From assembly GCA_019828565.1 (NCBI GenBank), contig JAHDYR010000006.1:310001-374000 (forward strand): a DNA stretch of 64,000 bases. Reading direction: 5' to 3'. The notes under the pieces are model-generated. The model did no database searches and was not told where the DNA came from. It was given only the letters and a program-made list of their open reading frames with translations. The position numbers and the translations under genes are program-made. Positions 22,839 through 34,257 of this stretch are shown piece after piece (positions within the stretch are counted from its first letter, which is position 1; every line of letters starts with the position of its first letter). This stretch comes from Carpediemonas membranifera BICM (lineage: Eukaryota > Protista > Fornicata).

Positions 22839-24879
22839 GCGCGAGGGCCACCCAGTGCTCGTCGACTTCGAGACGGCCTCGAACATGGACGCCGTGAACG
22901 CGACCGCGACCGAAGTCAACATCGGCACGCTCGCCTTCAGCGCGCCCGAGGAGATCGCCGCGCGCAATGCCGGGAGGAAGCTGAGCCACCGCGAGCAGCA
23001 GGCCGCCGACGTCTACCACGCGGGCCTGACGATGCTCGCCGTGATGGCGTCGGATTACGCGACATTCTGCCTCGCCCTCTTGTCGCACAGCAACAACAAG
23101 GATCTGGCCGATGCCTCCACGGTTGATGACGACGCCCTCTGCGATGCCCTCATGAAGACAGTCACCGTCCCCGACGCCCTGCGCGACTTGCTCTCAGGCA
23201 TGCTCGCCACCCACCCCGAGGCCCGCTGGTCCGTCTCTGACGCCCTTTCGAACGGCGTCTTCTCGGTCAGTCCGCAAAACCTTGCTGCCGGCCCTGTCGG
23301 TCTCTTCCGGGCCGCTGCGGCCGAGGTCAGCCGGCGGATGATGAAAAACACGACTGGGGTCGACCTGGCGTTCAGTGGGTCTATCTCTGACACGCTATCC
23401 TCCATTGGCGAGCTGGACGGGGCCATGTCCGACTACTCTCTCTCCATCAACGGGGAAAGCAGTCTCGTTGAACTCATCGACGACCTTTCTCGTGCCTCCG
23501 TGCCCTCGGGCGATGACAGTGCCCCCCTCTTCCGCGACGGGACCCTCGCCCTGACGCCCGCCGCATTGAACCTCCCCATGGACACTCTCAGCCCTGTGTT
23601 GCTCGGTGTTGGGCGGGTGCTGCAGCTCCTGCTCCTTGAGGACATCAGTCTCCCAGCTGGCACAGTGAGCCTGGCTTGGTTGGAGGCCCTCAAAGACGGC
23701 CAGGTGCCTTACCATGTTGACCTTAGCACACTGTGTCCGGGCGTCTACGTTGCCCTGAGGAACTCCATTGATGACGCCCGCACAGCCTGCCCTCTCGACG
23801 GCTTTGAGTGCGACGACCTTAAGACCTACACGTTGGAGGTCCAGCGGCGTTACCATGAAAGGATGAATGAGATCCGCCACGGCCTTTTCTCCGCTGGACA
23901 CAAAGAGGTGAACCCGCCTTACATCGCCAGGATGTTCGCTCTCACACCGGCCCAGCTGCGGGCCCTGCTTGTGCGCCCCAACCCGCTCTCTGTCGACGCC
24001 GTGCTCGCCCCGCTGCGCTTCCCTAGGGGCGGTCAGCGTGTGCAAAACGCCCTCCGCACCCTGCTCGCCGAAGATGATGAAATGTCACGCCGCTTCGTCT
24101 TCCACATGTTTGGCGGCCAGCTCCCCCAGGCCAGAGGTGTGCCCGTGATCCTCGCCGACGACAGCCTGATGTTTACAGTGCAGGATCGGGGCGTGACCTG
24201 TGCCCATATTCCTAGCATGGATGACGTCGTTGGTCTCCGCCTTGCGCTGCTCAACTCGGCGCCCACCTTGAAGCGGTACCAGCGGTATAAGTACGTCAAC
24301 GAGCGGCGGCACTGTTTTCTCGAGATGCTCTCCACCGAGAAGACATACTCAGCCAACCTGGGCTTCCTCGTTGGTGAAGTGCTCCCGAGGTGGCGCCGAC
24401 AGGCATGGGAGTTCCCTTGGTATGTCCGCGACCCTGATGAGCTGTTCCCATTGATCCAGGAGCTCAGCGAGCTGAGTCAATCGGTTGCTGAGGAGTTGAA
24501 CACACTCGATAATGACTTTGACAGCGAGCAGACCATTGTCAGCGCCTTCTTTAGGGGTCTCAGGGACAAGCTCCACATTTTCGAGCGATATCTCCAGCAG
24601 CTGCCTAAGACACGCCGCCGCATCATCAAGGCCGCGAGTGCCGACCAGCCGTTCAGTTCCTTTGTCGCGTCCATCCGAGATATGCCCCAGAACCCCCAGA
24701 AGCTGTATCTCGACTCCATACTGATCATGCCCGTTCAACGCATTGCCCGCTACCCCATGATGCTGAGTGCGCTGTTGAAAAACACGTGGCCGTTCCATCC
24801 GGACTTCGTCGGGCTAACTCGAGCTTTGAGAGAGATTGATAACAAGTGCAGAACTGTGCAGAAAGTTGTACCTCTCTAA
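17747..24879 (+). CDS. Giant protein: WD40 propellers, unknown repeats, Ser/Thr kinase, HECT-like domain, RhoGEF (DH); probable intron 17773-17801
   Basis: GH...WD repeats; kinase motifs FAK, HRDLKPEN, DFE, APE; C-terminal DH motif LDSILIMPVQRIARYPMMLSALLKNT. The 29-nt intron GTTTGT...CTAACGCAG links ATG 17747 in frame; further upstream exons are possible. Confidence 0.8.
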
Positions 24880-24949
24880 AAAAATTTCATTCCGAAGCTA
24901 TATCAGCCATCATTTTCGTTGGCGACATGTTCACCAACGGCACACCACC

Positions 24950-24973
24950 GGCTGACCCATCTTTATTTTTTAA
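24950..24973. repeat. 24-bp dispersed repeat, copy 1 (GGCTGACCCATCTTTATTTTTTAA)
   Basis: Identical to 48894-48917; both copies are intergenic. Confidence 0.6.
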
Positions 24974-25395
24974 CCCTGCCGTACATGACCTGATGATCAT
25001 CATCGCTCTGATGGCCAAAAAAAGATTCCTTTCCACATTCATTCGGCTTCAGTGGACCTACCCTCGACATTCTTGACTTCTGCCCTGACACTCTTGACCC
25101 AGCCAACCCCTCCATGCCGTGCCGCAGCTTTCAAATTCCAGAAGTTTTACCAGATGATAACAGTGTGGCGGGATGGCAACATCCCCGGGGACTCCGAGTT
25201 CACTTCTTACTTTGGCGGCACAGCAACAACGACGAGTGTCAGATCGGCATCCTCGTCCCGAGACGGGTCGTCATCTGGCCGAGAGAGGGTCTGCCCGGAG
25301 TCCACGAGCTCCGTCGGGCGTATCAACTGTTAACGTATCTGCAAATAGATCTTGCAGTTTATGACCCGCGGATATAAACACTTCAGTGCCATGCT

Positions 25396-26591
25396 TCATG
25401 ACCGTATGATGTTGGCTCTGGTCCACGCTTCAATGGCCGCCACGACCCCGGGCTTGACGTTGAAGCGGGGGTCGGTCGGCCCGACGCTGTTGCTGGCATC
25501 GCCGTAGACCCGCGCCCCAGGCAGCATCTGGGCCATGGACAGGCCGCACAGGTCGTAGCAGGTGTGGTAGGCGTCCCGGCTGCAGTCGGGCTTGTCTAGG
25601 AGCCCGCCGCCAGGGCACTGGCAGGCGGCGAGGAGGTACCTCTGCAACGCCACCGGGTCGGTGATGGTGGAGTGTCCGTGCCGGGCCAGCACGCCGCACG
25701 CCATGCCCAGCCAGGTCGAGTAGCAGCCGTCAACGACCTTGTTGGTGCGGCCGTTGAACCCGCCTTCCTCGGTCTGCCGATAGACCACCCACCGCTGTAG
25801 CCTGGCGACGTCCAGGCCACCGAGGTCGCCCTTGATCAGGTCTAGTGCTGCTAGACCGAGGCCCGTGAAGGAGCCGTGGGCCTCGAGCCCGGGAGCGGCA
25901 GCTAGGCCGCCCTCGTACGTCTGGCAGGAGAGGATGTAGTCAGCCACACCAGCTTCCAGCTCTGATGACCAGATACCGGCGATCTTCCCGGATATGACCG
26001 CAGCGTAGACTGCCCGCATGTCAATCTCGCCGTCAGGCTCCATGCGATACGACCCGTCCGGCATGTGGACCGAGGATAGATACGAGTATAGCCCAGGTCT
26101 GTCGATCAGGTCGAGCACCGGCACGCGGGTGTGAGGGGAGACGATGACGAGGGTCGTCAGGGCGCTGTACGTAGTGATCGTGTGTGCGCCACAGGAGACG
26201 TGGCCCCTGAATCCCCCGCCCGGGTGTTGCAGCGCCAGTATCGTCTTCGCGATGTCTGTGGACGTCTCTTCATCGAGGGCGTCCAGAGCGTCGAGGGCGC
26301 GGCTGATCCAAAAGAGGTTAAACGGCCGAGCCACTGAGAGTGCGATGAGGTACTCGGGCTGGTTGGCGTACAGCATTCGCTTGAGGTACGCGATTGTGTC
26401 CGTTCTGTTGAGCTTGATGCTGTGTGAAGGCTTATCAAAAGGCAAACGTCTGTTCAAGGTCCGGCGTGTCAATGAGCGGCCGAATAAAGCGCATTACGAG
26501 GTCATTGACCTGTGTTATCTCTGTCTGTTTTGAATAAACGAACCCTCTTTGCTTCGATCGTTGTCGGTCTCTCGTCGCTCATCAGCGCCAT
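25396..26591 (-). CDS. FNTB: Protein farnesyltransferase beta subunit; introns 26510-26543 and 26420-26447
   Basis: GEIDMRAVY, EAHGSFT, GFNGRTNKVVDGCYS, DAYHTCY. Two short GT..CACAG introns give a continuous frame from ATG 26591. Confidence 0.85.
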
Positions 26592-26720
26592 CAATCAGAC
26601 AAAAGGTTGACAAGGGACACCCCATGTCGTACGATGAGCAGTAGTACGCTGGCCGTGGGTTTGCCTAGCCCCACAACTGACCCGCCTCGTCTTTTTGCTC
26701 GTCCACACCCGGCTTGCAGT

Positions 26721-27915
26721 TTAAATGGTAAAGGTCTCGATCTCGTCAATCAAATCTTCCGCAGTCCTGGTCGGCTCCACATGAGACTGGGGCTGTGGTA
26801 CAGGCATTGATCCAGCGGCAACTTGCCTCTCAAGCGCCATCTCAGCCTCAAGGGCGTCGAGGTCGTCCTCCACGTCAATAGCTGCCGCGTCAGCCGCAAC
26901 ATCCGCTGAGAGTGTATTCGCGACGTCGCCGACCTCGTGCAGCAGCAGACTTACATCCTCCATGACGTCATCGGCGTCCTCGACACTGTGGCCGGCCATG
27001 GAGGCCCGCAGCACCCGCACGCCCTCCCTCATCGTCGAGACGAGATCTATCGTGTCATGGGTATTCGACAGCTCGAGCAGGATCGCCTCAAGGTTGTTAG
27101 TCTGGCCCTGTTGCCGCAGGGCCGCCTTGGTGAACACCTTGGCCTGCTTCAGGTGGCCGGCCGCCATCTGCTTCCTCCCTGCTCTAAGTTCGGCCATGGC
27201 GTCGGCCTTCTTGGCCGACTCTGCGGCCCGCAGCTCAGCAAGCTTGGCAGCCCCGAGTTGAACCTGGGAGCGGAGGGCGACCACGCTGCATACGAAGTCT
27301 CTGTCGACGGCCTTCCGCTTCTCGTTGAACCGAATGATGGTGTCCTTGTCGGTCTTGATCAACTCTACCCACGATATCTCAGCAAGGACAGATTCGAGAA
27401 GACGTTTGAGCACAGCTATCTCAATAGGCGAGGACTTGAAGTAGCGTGCGATGATCTCGTCGAGGGTCGTGATGGAGCTCACGACATCATGGCTCGCCAC
27501 CTTCATGTCGTCCCGGAGCGTCTTCAAGAAAGCATCAACAGCCGACACAATGACGAACTTGGCTTCCTTAGAGGAACCTATGGACGCCACAGCTCTTGTC
27601 ATGGCCCTGCTCATCCTGAGGAAGGGGTGCTGAATCATGGAGACGCGAGTGTCGATGTAGATGTTGACAGGGACAACTTCACCAGTCTTTTCCATGTGCT
27701 CCTGGATAAATAGGTACCTAAAAACGTACAAGAACTGTTGATATGCACTGTGGGACGTTGTTCCCCTCGGTAAAGTGAGAAACTAGCGTTTCTTCGTCCA
27801 CGACGAGCAAGCGTTCCGCGAAGGCATATTCATGTATTTTCCCGGTCCAGAAACGCATTCTCGTATCCCAATCATGGGGATTAACGGCGCGGTTCGCCCT
27901 GAAGGGTCCGAACAT
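26721..27915 (-). CDS. CHMP7: CHMP7-like ESCRT-II/III hybrid protein; intron 27702-27729
   Basis: N-terminal FGPFRANRAVNPHDWDTRMRFW (CHMP7 winged-helix start) and a C-terminal Snf7 domain. The 28-nt intron GTACGT...TTTATCCAG joins the two ORFs. Confidence 0.8.
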
Positions 27916-27950
27916 CCAATTCAATCAAAAATATGTCACGCACGCATCAT

Positions 27951-28328
27951 TTATTCAGGGAGAGCCTTCCGGGTGAGGATACGCTGGCGAGAGCCGTTCA
28001 TCTTAAGCTTCATGATCATCACGTTGGAGGCGTTGATGGGGATCTGCACGACCTGGCGGTTGTTCTTCTCGCGCTGGACCTTGTCGACAAAGATGGCGAA
28101 CTTCTCACGGTTAACGCGGGAAACGACACCGGTAACACCCTTGTGAGCGCCACGCATGATCTTAACCTCATCATCCTTGCGGACGGGAAGAGCGTTCACG
28201 CGGTGCTTCTTCTTGAGCTCCTCGCAGAGAGCGGAAGACATGATGATGCGGCGTTCGTGGGCAGGAGCGGTAAAGTGGGCCTTCCGGCACTTCCTGATAG
28301 AACAGGAGACGTTCTTGGCAAACTTCAT
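27951..28328 (-). CDS. RPL26: 60S ribosomal protein L26 (uL24)
   Basis: MKFAKNVSCSIRKCRKAHFTAPAHERRIIMSSAL...PVRKDDEVKIMRG. Confidence 0.95.
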   Translation of the reverse strand: MKFAKNVSCSIRKCRKAHFTAPAHERRIIMSSALCEELKKKHRVNALPVRKDDEVKIMRGAHKGVTGVVSRVNREKFAIFVDKVQREKNNRQVVQIPINASNVMIMKLKMNGSRQRILTRKALPE

Positions 28329-28810
28329 GCAAAAACCCTTCGCAGCATAAAGGAGTAAACCTGGTTCTGCAAAATTTGGCTCAAACTCTCTGTTCACGTG
28401 GATAGGGAACTCTGGTCGGCCCTACTCGCTTACACGTACGCAGCACCGGCAGAAGCTGCAGGGACCGCGAGTGCATTGGACACATCGCCGTCAAGAACTG
28501 AGAAAGCAAATTCAAAACCAAAGATCCAAGCCGAGGACACTGCGATGTTCCTTAATGACAGACGAATACGAGGACCCAGGATACCACGTTCAATGGGCAG
28601 AATTCAATCTAACGAAATAACATAAACTGCACGTTCCTCATATCGACTCAATCTGACAGCATCATCTGCACTTATGCGCTAGCAATGCACTACTCAGACT
28701 TGTAAATCCGTCATACGTCGCTCTCATCACCATGTAATGCGTTTTCAACGCCCACTCGGAGTGCCCTTCAGTCTGCTCCTCCTAATGTGATTTAAGACCA
28801 CAATTATGCT

Positions 28811-31800
28811 CTATCTCCTTCTTCTACTCTCGCGTTGCTCCCGGATAACCTCCATCGCATAGCTCAAGTTCGACTCTCGAGACCTCAGTCGGTCGAGCTC
28901 CTCGAGATGCTCCTCGCGCTCGGCCTTGAGCGCCTCATTATGCTCGTATAGCCGCTGCAGGACAGTATCTTGTTCCATTAAAGAAGTTTCGAGCTCCTCT
29001 GCATGTCGCTGTAGGTCCAAACACGTCGACTTGAGAGACTCGACCTCGACTCGACTCCGTCTCAAGTCAGATGGCCTCAGGTCCGCAGTGTCCAGCCTGC
29101 CTGACCTCCGCACGGTGGGGCTGAGTACCATGGTCCGCTGCGTCATGGTGCCACTGTCCCTGACACTAGGCTGGGAATGACTCGACTGGACTTGAAGTCG
29201 ATGCTGGGCGATCTCATCCAGGAGCTCGCTGATTTGAGTCTCATATGACTCCCTCTCCTGCGCCAACTCCACCGCACAGGCTTGGAAGGCCTCGTCTCTC
29301 GCCTCCAGGTCGCCCTCGAGATCCTGGATCCGAAGAAGCAGCTCGGGGGTCGCCCGCGCCTGCTCGGCCTCACGCTTCAGCTTGCTGTTCTCGGCGAGCA
29401 TCTGCGAGACGCGCGACTGGAGAGCGCTCCTCTCGGCCTCGGTGTCTTCAAGTCGCGCCTGAAGCTCGGGGGTCGCCCGCGCCTGCTCGGCCTCACGCTT
29501 CAGCTTGCTGTTCTCGGCGAGCATCTGCGAGACGCGCGACTGGAGAGCGCTCCTCTCGGCCTCGGTGTCTTCAAGTCGCGCCTTCAGCGAATGCCTCTCG
29601 GCCTCGATGTCTTCAAGTCGCGCCTGAAGCTCGGGGGTCGCCCGCGCCTGCTCGGCCTCACGCTTCAGCTTGCTGTTCTCGGCGAGCATCTGCGAGACGC
29701 GCGACTGGAGAGCGCTCCTCTCGGCCTCGGTGTCTTCAAGTCGCGCCTTCAGCGAATGCCTCTCGGCCTCGATGTCTTCAAGCCGCGCCTGAAGCTCGGG
29801 GGTCGCCCGCGCCTGCTCGGCCTCACGCTTCAGCTTGCTGTTCTCGGCGAGCATCTGCGAGACGCGCGACTGGAGAGCGCTCCTCTCGGCCTCGGTGTCT
29901 TCAAGTCGCGCCTGAAGCTCGGGGGTCGCCCGCGCCTGCTCGGCCTCACGCTTCAGCTTGCTGTTCTCGGCGAGCATCTGCGAGACGCGCGACTGGAGAG
30001 CGCTCCTCTCGGCCTCGGTGTCTTCAAGTCGCGCCTGAAGCTCGGGGGTCGCCCGCGCCTGCTCGGCCTCACGCTTCAGCTTGCTGTTCTCGGCGAGCAT
30101 CTGCGAGACGCGCGACTGGAGAGCGCTCCTCTCGGCCTCGGTGTCTTCAAGTCGCGCCTGAAGCTCGGGGGTCGCCCGCGCCTGCTCGGCCTCACGCTGC
30201 AGCTTGCTGTTCTCGGCGAGCATCTGCGAGACGCGCGACTGGAGAGCGCTCCTCTCGGCCTCGGTGTCTTCAAGTCGCGCCTGAAGCTCGGGGGTCGCCC
30301 GCGCCTGCTCGGCCTCACGCTTCAGCTTGCTGTTCTCGGCGAGCATCTGCGAGACGCGCGACTGGAGAGCGCTCCTCTCGGCCTCGGTGTCTTCAAGTCG
30401 CGCCTGAAGCTCGGGGGTCGCCCGCGCCTGCTCGGCCTCACGCTTCAGCTTGCTGTTCTCGGCGAGCATCTGCGAGACGCGCGACTGGAGAGCGCTCCTC
30501 TCGGCCTCGGTGTCTTCAAGTCGCGCCTGAAGCTCGGGGGTCGCCCGCGCCTGCTCGGCCTCACGCTTCAGCTTGCTGTTCTCGGCGAACATCTGCGAGA
30601 CGCGCGACTGGAGAGCGCTCCTCTCGGCCTCGGTGTCTTCAAGTCGCGCCTTCAGCGAATGCCTCTCGGCCTCGATGTCTTCAAGCCGCGCCTGAAGCTC
30701 GGGGGTCGCCCGCGCCTGCTCGGCCTCACGCTTCAGCTTGCTGTTCTCGGCGAGCATCTGCGAGACGCGCGACTGGAGAGCGCTCCTCTCGGCCTCGGTG
30801 TCTTCAAGTCGCGCCTTCAGCGAATGCCTCTCGGCCTCGATGTCTTCAAGTCGCGCCTGAAGCTCGGGGGTCGCCCGCGCCTGCTCGGCCTCACGCTTCA
30901 GCTTGCTGTTCTCGGCGAGCATCTGCGAGACGCGCGACTGGAGAGCGCTCCTCTCGGCCTCGGTGTCTTCAAGTCGCGCCTGAAGCTCGGGGGTCGCCCG
31001 CGCCTGCTCGGCCTCACGCTTCAGCTTGCTGTTCTCGGCGAGCATCTGCGAGACGCGCGACTGGAGAGCGCTCCTCTCGGCCTCGGTGTCTTCAAGTCGC
31101 GCCTTCAGCGAATGCCTCTCGGCCTCGATGTCTTCAAGTCGCGCCTGAAGCTCGGGGGTCGCCCGCGCCTGCTCGGCCTCACGCTTCAGCTTGCTGTTCT
31201 CGGCGAGCATCTGCGAGACGCGCGACTGGAGAGCGCTCCTCTCGGCCTCGGTGTCTTCAAGCCGCGCCTGAAGCTCGGGGGTCGCCCGCGCCTGCTCGGC
31301 CTCACGCTTCAGCTTGCTGTTCTCGGCGAGCATCTGCGAGACGCGCGACTGGAGAGCGCTCCTCTCGGCCTCGGTGTCTTCAAGTCGCGCCTGAAGCTCG
31401 GGGGTCGCCCGCGCCTGCTCGGCCTCACGCTTCAGCTTGCTGTTCTCGGCGAACATCTGCGAGACGCGCGACTGGAGAGCGCTCCTCTCGGCCTCGGTGT
31501 CTTCAAGTCGCGCCTGAAGCTCGGGGGTCGCCCGCGCCTGCTCGGCCTCACGCTTCAGCTTGCTGTTCTCGGCGAGCATCTGCGAGACGCGCGACTGGAG
31601 AGCGCTCCTCTCGGCCTCGGTGTCTTCAAGTCGCGCCTTCAGCGAATGCCTCTCGGCCTCGATGTCTTCAAGTCGCGCCTGAAGCTCGGGGGTCGCCCGC
31701 GCCTGCTCGGCCTCACGCTTCAGCTTGCTGTTCTCGGCGAGCATCTGCGAGACGCGCGACTGGAGAGCGCTCCTCTCGGCCTCGGTGTCTTCAAGTCGCG

Positions 31801-32761
31801 CCTGAAGCTCGGGGGTCGCCCGCGCCTGCTCGGCCTCACGCTTCAGCTTGCTGTTCTCGGCGAACATCTGCGAGACGCGCGACTGGAGAGCGCTCCTCTC
31901 GGCCTCGGTGTCTTCAAGTCGCGCCTGAAGCTCGGGGGTCGCCCGCGCCTGCTCGGCCTCACGCTTCAGCTTGCTGTTCTCGGCGAGCATCTGCGAGACG
32001 CGCGACTGGAGAGCGCTCCTCTCGGCCTCGGTGTCTTCAAGTCGCGCCTGAAGCTCGGGGGTCGCCCGCGCCTGCTCGGCCTCACGCTTCAGCTTGCTGT
32101 TCTCGGCGAACATCTGCGAGACGCGCGACTGGAGAGCGCTCCTCTCGGCCTCGGTGTCTTCAAGTCGCGCCTTCAGCGAATGCCTCTCGGCCTCGATGTC
32201 TTCAAGCCGCGCCTGAAGCTCGGGGGTCGCCCGCGCCTGCTCGGCCTCACGCTTCAGCTTGCTGTTCTCGGCGAGCATCTGCGAGACGCGCGACTGGAGA
32301 GCGCTCCTCTCGGCCTCGGTGTCTTCAAGTCGCGCCTGAAGCTCGGGGGTCGCCCGCGCCTGCTCGGCCTCACGCTTCAGCTTGCTGTTCTCGGCGAACA
32401 TCTGCGAGACGCGCGACTGGAGAGCGCTCCTCTCGGCCTCGGTGTCTTCAAGTCGCGCCTGAAGCTCGGGGGTCGCCCGCGCCTGCTCGGCCTCACGCTT
32501 CAGCTTGCTGTTCTCGGCGAGCATCTGCGAGACGCGCGACTGGAGAGCGCTCCTCTCGGTCTCAAGTACCTTATATGACCTCTTAACAGCATCCATGCTC
32601 TCTTTGTGTTTTTTCGCCTCATCATTGAGCAAATGGGCAAGAACTTGAAGCATTCTTTGCTCAACAACCTCTTGAGGGAGACAACAGACATGGCAATGCT
32701 CCAAACGTGGCTCAGCTTCAGTACCAAAGAATGCAAGGTGGAATTCACCCCATTCGACCAT
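28811..32761 (-). CDS. Coiled-coil protein built from near-identical 41-aa repeats
   Basis: 1316-aa ORF with unique N- and C-termini flanking the repeat array. Confidence 0.75.
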   Translation of the reverse strand: MVEWGEFHLAFFGTEAEPRLEHCHVCCLPQEVVEQRMLQVLAHLLNDEAKKHKESMDAVKRSYKVLETERSALQSRVSQMLAENSKLKREAEQARATPELQARLEDTEAERSALQSRVSQMFAENSKLKREAEQARATPELQARLEDTEAERSALQSRVSQMLAENSKLKREAEQARATPELQARLEDIEAERHSLKARLEDTEAERSALQSRVSQMFAENSKLKREAEQARATPELQARLEDTEAERSALQSRVSQMLAENSKLKREAEQARATPELQARLEDTEAERSALQSRVSQMFAENSKLKREAEQARATPELQARLEDTEAERSALQSRVSQMLAENSKLKREAEQARATPELQARLEDIEAERHSLKARLEDTEAERSALQSRVSQMLAENSKLKREAEQARATPELQARLEDTEAERSALQSRVSQMFAENSKLKREAEQARATPELQARLEDTEAERSALQSRVSQMLAENSKLKREAEQARATPELQARLEDTEAERSALQSRVSQMLAENSKLKREAEQARATPELQARLEDIEAERHSLKARLEDTEAERSALQSRVSQMLAENSKLKREAEQARATPELQARLEDTEAERSALQSRVSQMLAENSKLKREAEQARATPELQARLEDIEAERHSLKARLEDTEAERSALQSRVSQMLAENSKLKREAEQARATPELQARLEDIEAERHSLKARLEDTEAERSALQSRVSQMFAENSKLKREAEQARATPELQARLEDTEAERSALQSRVSQMLAENSKLKREAEQARATPELQARLEDTEAERSALQSRVSQMLAENSKLKREAEQARATPELQARLEDTEAERSALQSRVSQMLAENSKLQREAEQARATPELQARLEDTEAERSALQSRVSQMLAENSKLKREAEQARATPELQARLEDTEAERSALQSRVSQMLAENSKLKREAEQARATPELQARLEDTEAERSALQSRVSQMLAENSKLKREAEQARATPELQARLEDIEAERHSLKARLEDTEAERSALQSRVSQMLAENSKLKREAEQARATPELQARLEDIEAERHSLKARLEDTEAERSALQSRVSQMLAENSKLKREAEQARATPELQARLEDTEAERSALQSRVSQMLAENSKLKREAEQARATPELLLRIQDLEGDLEARDEAFQACAVELAQERESYETQISELLDEIAQHRLQVQSSHSQPSVRDSGTMTQRTMVLSPTVRRSGRLDTADLRPSDLRRSRVEVESLKSTCLDLQRHAEELETSLMEQDTVLQRLYEHNEALKAEREEHLEELDRLRSRESNLSYAMEVIREQRESRRRR
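29338..32558. repeat. Coding tandem array: 24 copies of a 123-bp unit plus 7 interspersed 42-bp inserts
   Basis: GAAGCTCGGGGG recurs at 123- or 165-bp spacing (29461, 29626, 29791, 29914 ... 32461). Confidence 0.9.
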
Positions 32762-32922
32762 GTCGTTGTCTTCGACGCAGTTTTAGCTCTGAAGGGTCGT
32801 GCGCAATACTGCCCTGTCTCCCTCCTACTCACGTCTTAAGTCGGTAGGGAGACCGTCTTCTCAACAATAAAGAGCATGAGCAGAGCGGGGGGCCATGCCA
32901 GTTTAAAAAAATAAAAAGAACC

Positions 32923-34257
32923 CTATTCACCGTCACCATACTGCCAGTTGGCGAGTGCCTCGGCATCCTCCTTCGACACGGACGGCTTGACCCGATCCAG
33001 GGCCCGGAAGAAGTTCTCCGCCGACACGGGCGGCACGTTCACCTCAGAGCCCTCGAACGACATGATGTCCCGCTCCACTGCACCCTCGTCTGAAGGCGCG
33101 CAGGCCAGCCACTTGGTGCCCTCCGCCGTCTGTGTTGGCTTAAAGTGCGTTGTTGTCTGGAGCTGCCGGATGGGCTGGAACAGGGCATCCCGCACCACGA
33201 TGGAGATGTCGGAGCCTGAGTAGCCCTCGGAGTGGAGGGCGAGTTGGGTGAAGTCGTCGTCTGTGAGCGTGTTGGGCGTGTCACCAAGATGAACCTTGAA
33301 CATCTGTCTGCGAGCGGGCTCATCGGGCAATGGGATAAAGATGCGCTTCTCAAAGCGACGGCGGATGGCCGAGTCGAGTGAGTCGGGCAGGTTGGTGGCG
33401 GCCAGGACAAGCACTTGCCCCCCGTTCTTACCGACGCCCTGCATCTGGACGAGGAACTCCGTCTTGACCCGCTTGGACGACTCAGAGTCGTTGTCCGACC
33501 GGGCAGACGCGAGGGAGTCGAACTCGTCGATGAAAATGATGGCGCGCTCCTCCTGGCGGGCCATCTCAAACAGGGTGCGGACGAGCTTCTCCGACTGCCC
33601 CTGCCACTTCGACATGAGGTCAGACGCGGAGACGGAGAAGAATGTGCTGTCGCATGTGTTTGCTACGGCAGCGGCGATGTAGCTCTTCTGTGTTAGCGGC
33701 TGGACTGGGACAAACACCGGTACCGGGCGGCCCGTAGAGGAGGATGCCCTTCCACGGGGTCCGCTTGCCCTGGAACAGGTGGGCGAACTGCTGAGGGAAG
33801 ATGACAGCCTCCTTAAGAGCCGCCTTCGCCTTCTCAAGGCCAGCGACGTCGTCCCACTTCACGTCGGGTTTCGTCTTCACGATGGCGCCCTCAATAGCGC
33901 TGTCGAGCTCCGCCTTCTCCTTGGCCTCCTTGGAGCTCTTCTTGTTACCAGTGCCAGACGGCTGGGCCTCGGCTTGAACGGGAGCGGGGGCCGCCTGACC
34001 CTTGAGCAGCTTCGAAAGGGTCTCAGCGCGGTCCATGTAGCCGTTGGCGAAGGACCGCATCTGCTGTGTGCGGATAGTGTTCTTGTCGTACTTGAACCCC
34101 ATCATGAAGTACTGGATTGCTGTCTTGTATTGGTCGAAAGCCTCCTGAAACTTCTGCTGGTCATCGAACTCACGAGCTCGCTTACCATATTCACTTGCTT
34201 TGGTGTAGAAACTGAATAAGATGGTATAATAGGGACAAACGAGCCTGCATCTGCCAT
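32923..34257 (-). CDS. VPS4: Vps4 AAA ATPase (MIT + AAA); introns 34212-34240 and 33688-33715
   Basis: MIT domain, VKWDDVAGLEKAK, GILLYGPPGTG|KSY, IIFIDEFD, RRRFEKRI and a Vps4 beta-domain; both introns restore the frame. Confidence 0.93.

Noticed and set aside
24970-24980. piggyBac-like TTAACCCT terminus
   Set aside because: No matching AGGGTTAA end or transposase is visible nearby.
28594-28640. Additional solo mini-LTR around CATAAACTGCAC
   Set aside because: Only the core matches; there is no GGCACA end and no TSD.
29338-32558. CRISPR-like appearance of regular repeats
   Set aside because: There are no unique spacers and no cas genes; the context is eukaryotic and coding.
29245-32586. 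Two >1000-aa plus-strand ORFs over the 123-bp array
   Set aside because: They are antisense shadows of a stop-free repeat unit. The minus-strand coiled-coil frame has unique flanking sequence and typical composition.
26721-34257. Functional ESCRT cluster (CHMP7 and Vps4)
   Set aside because: The two genes are separated by unrelated genes, and proximity in a dense genome can be chance.
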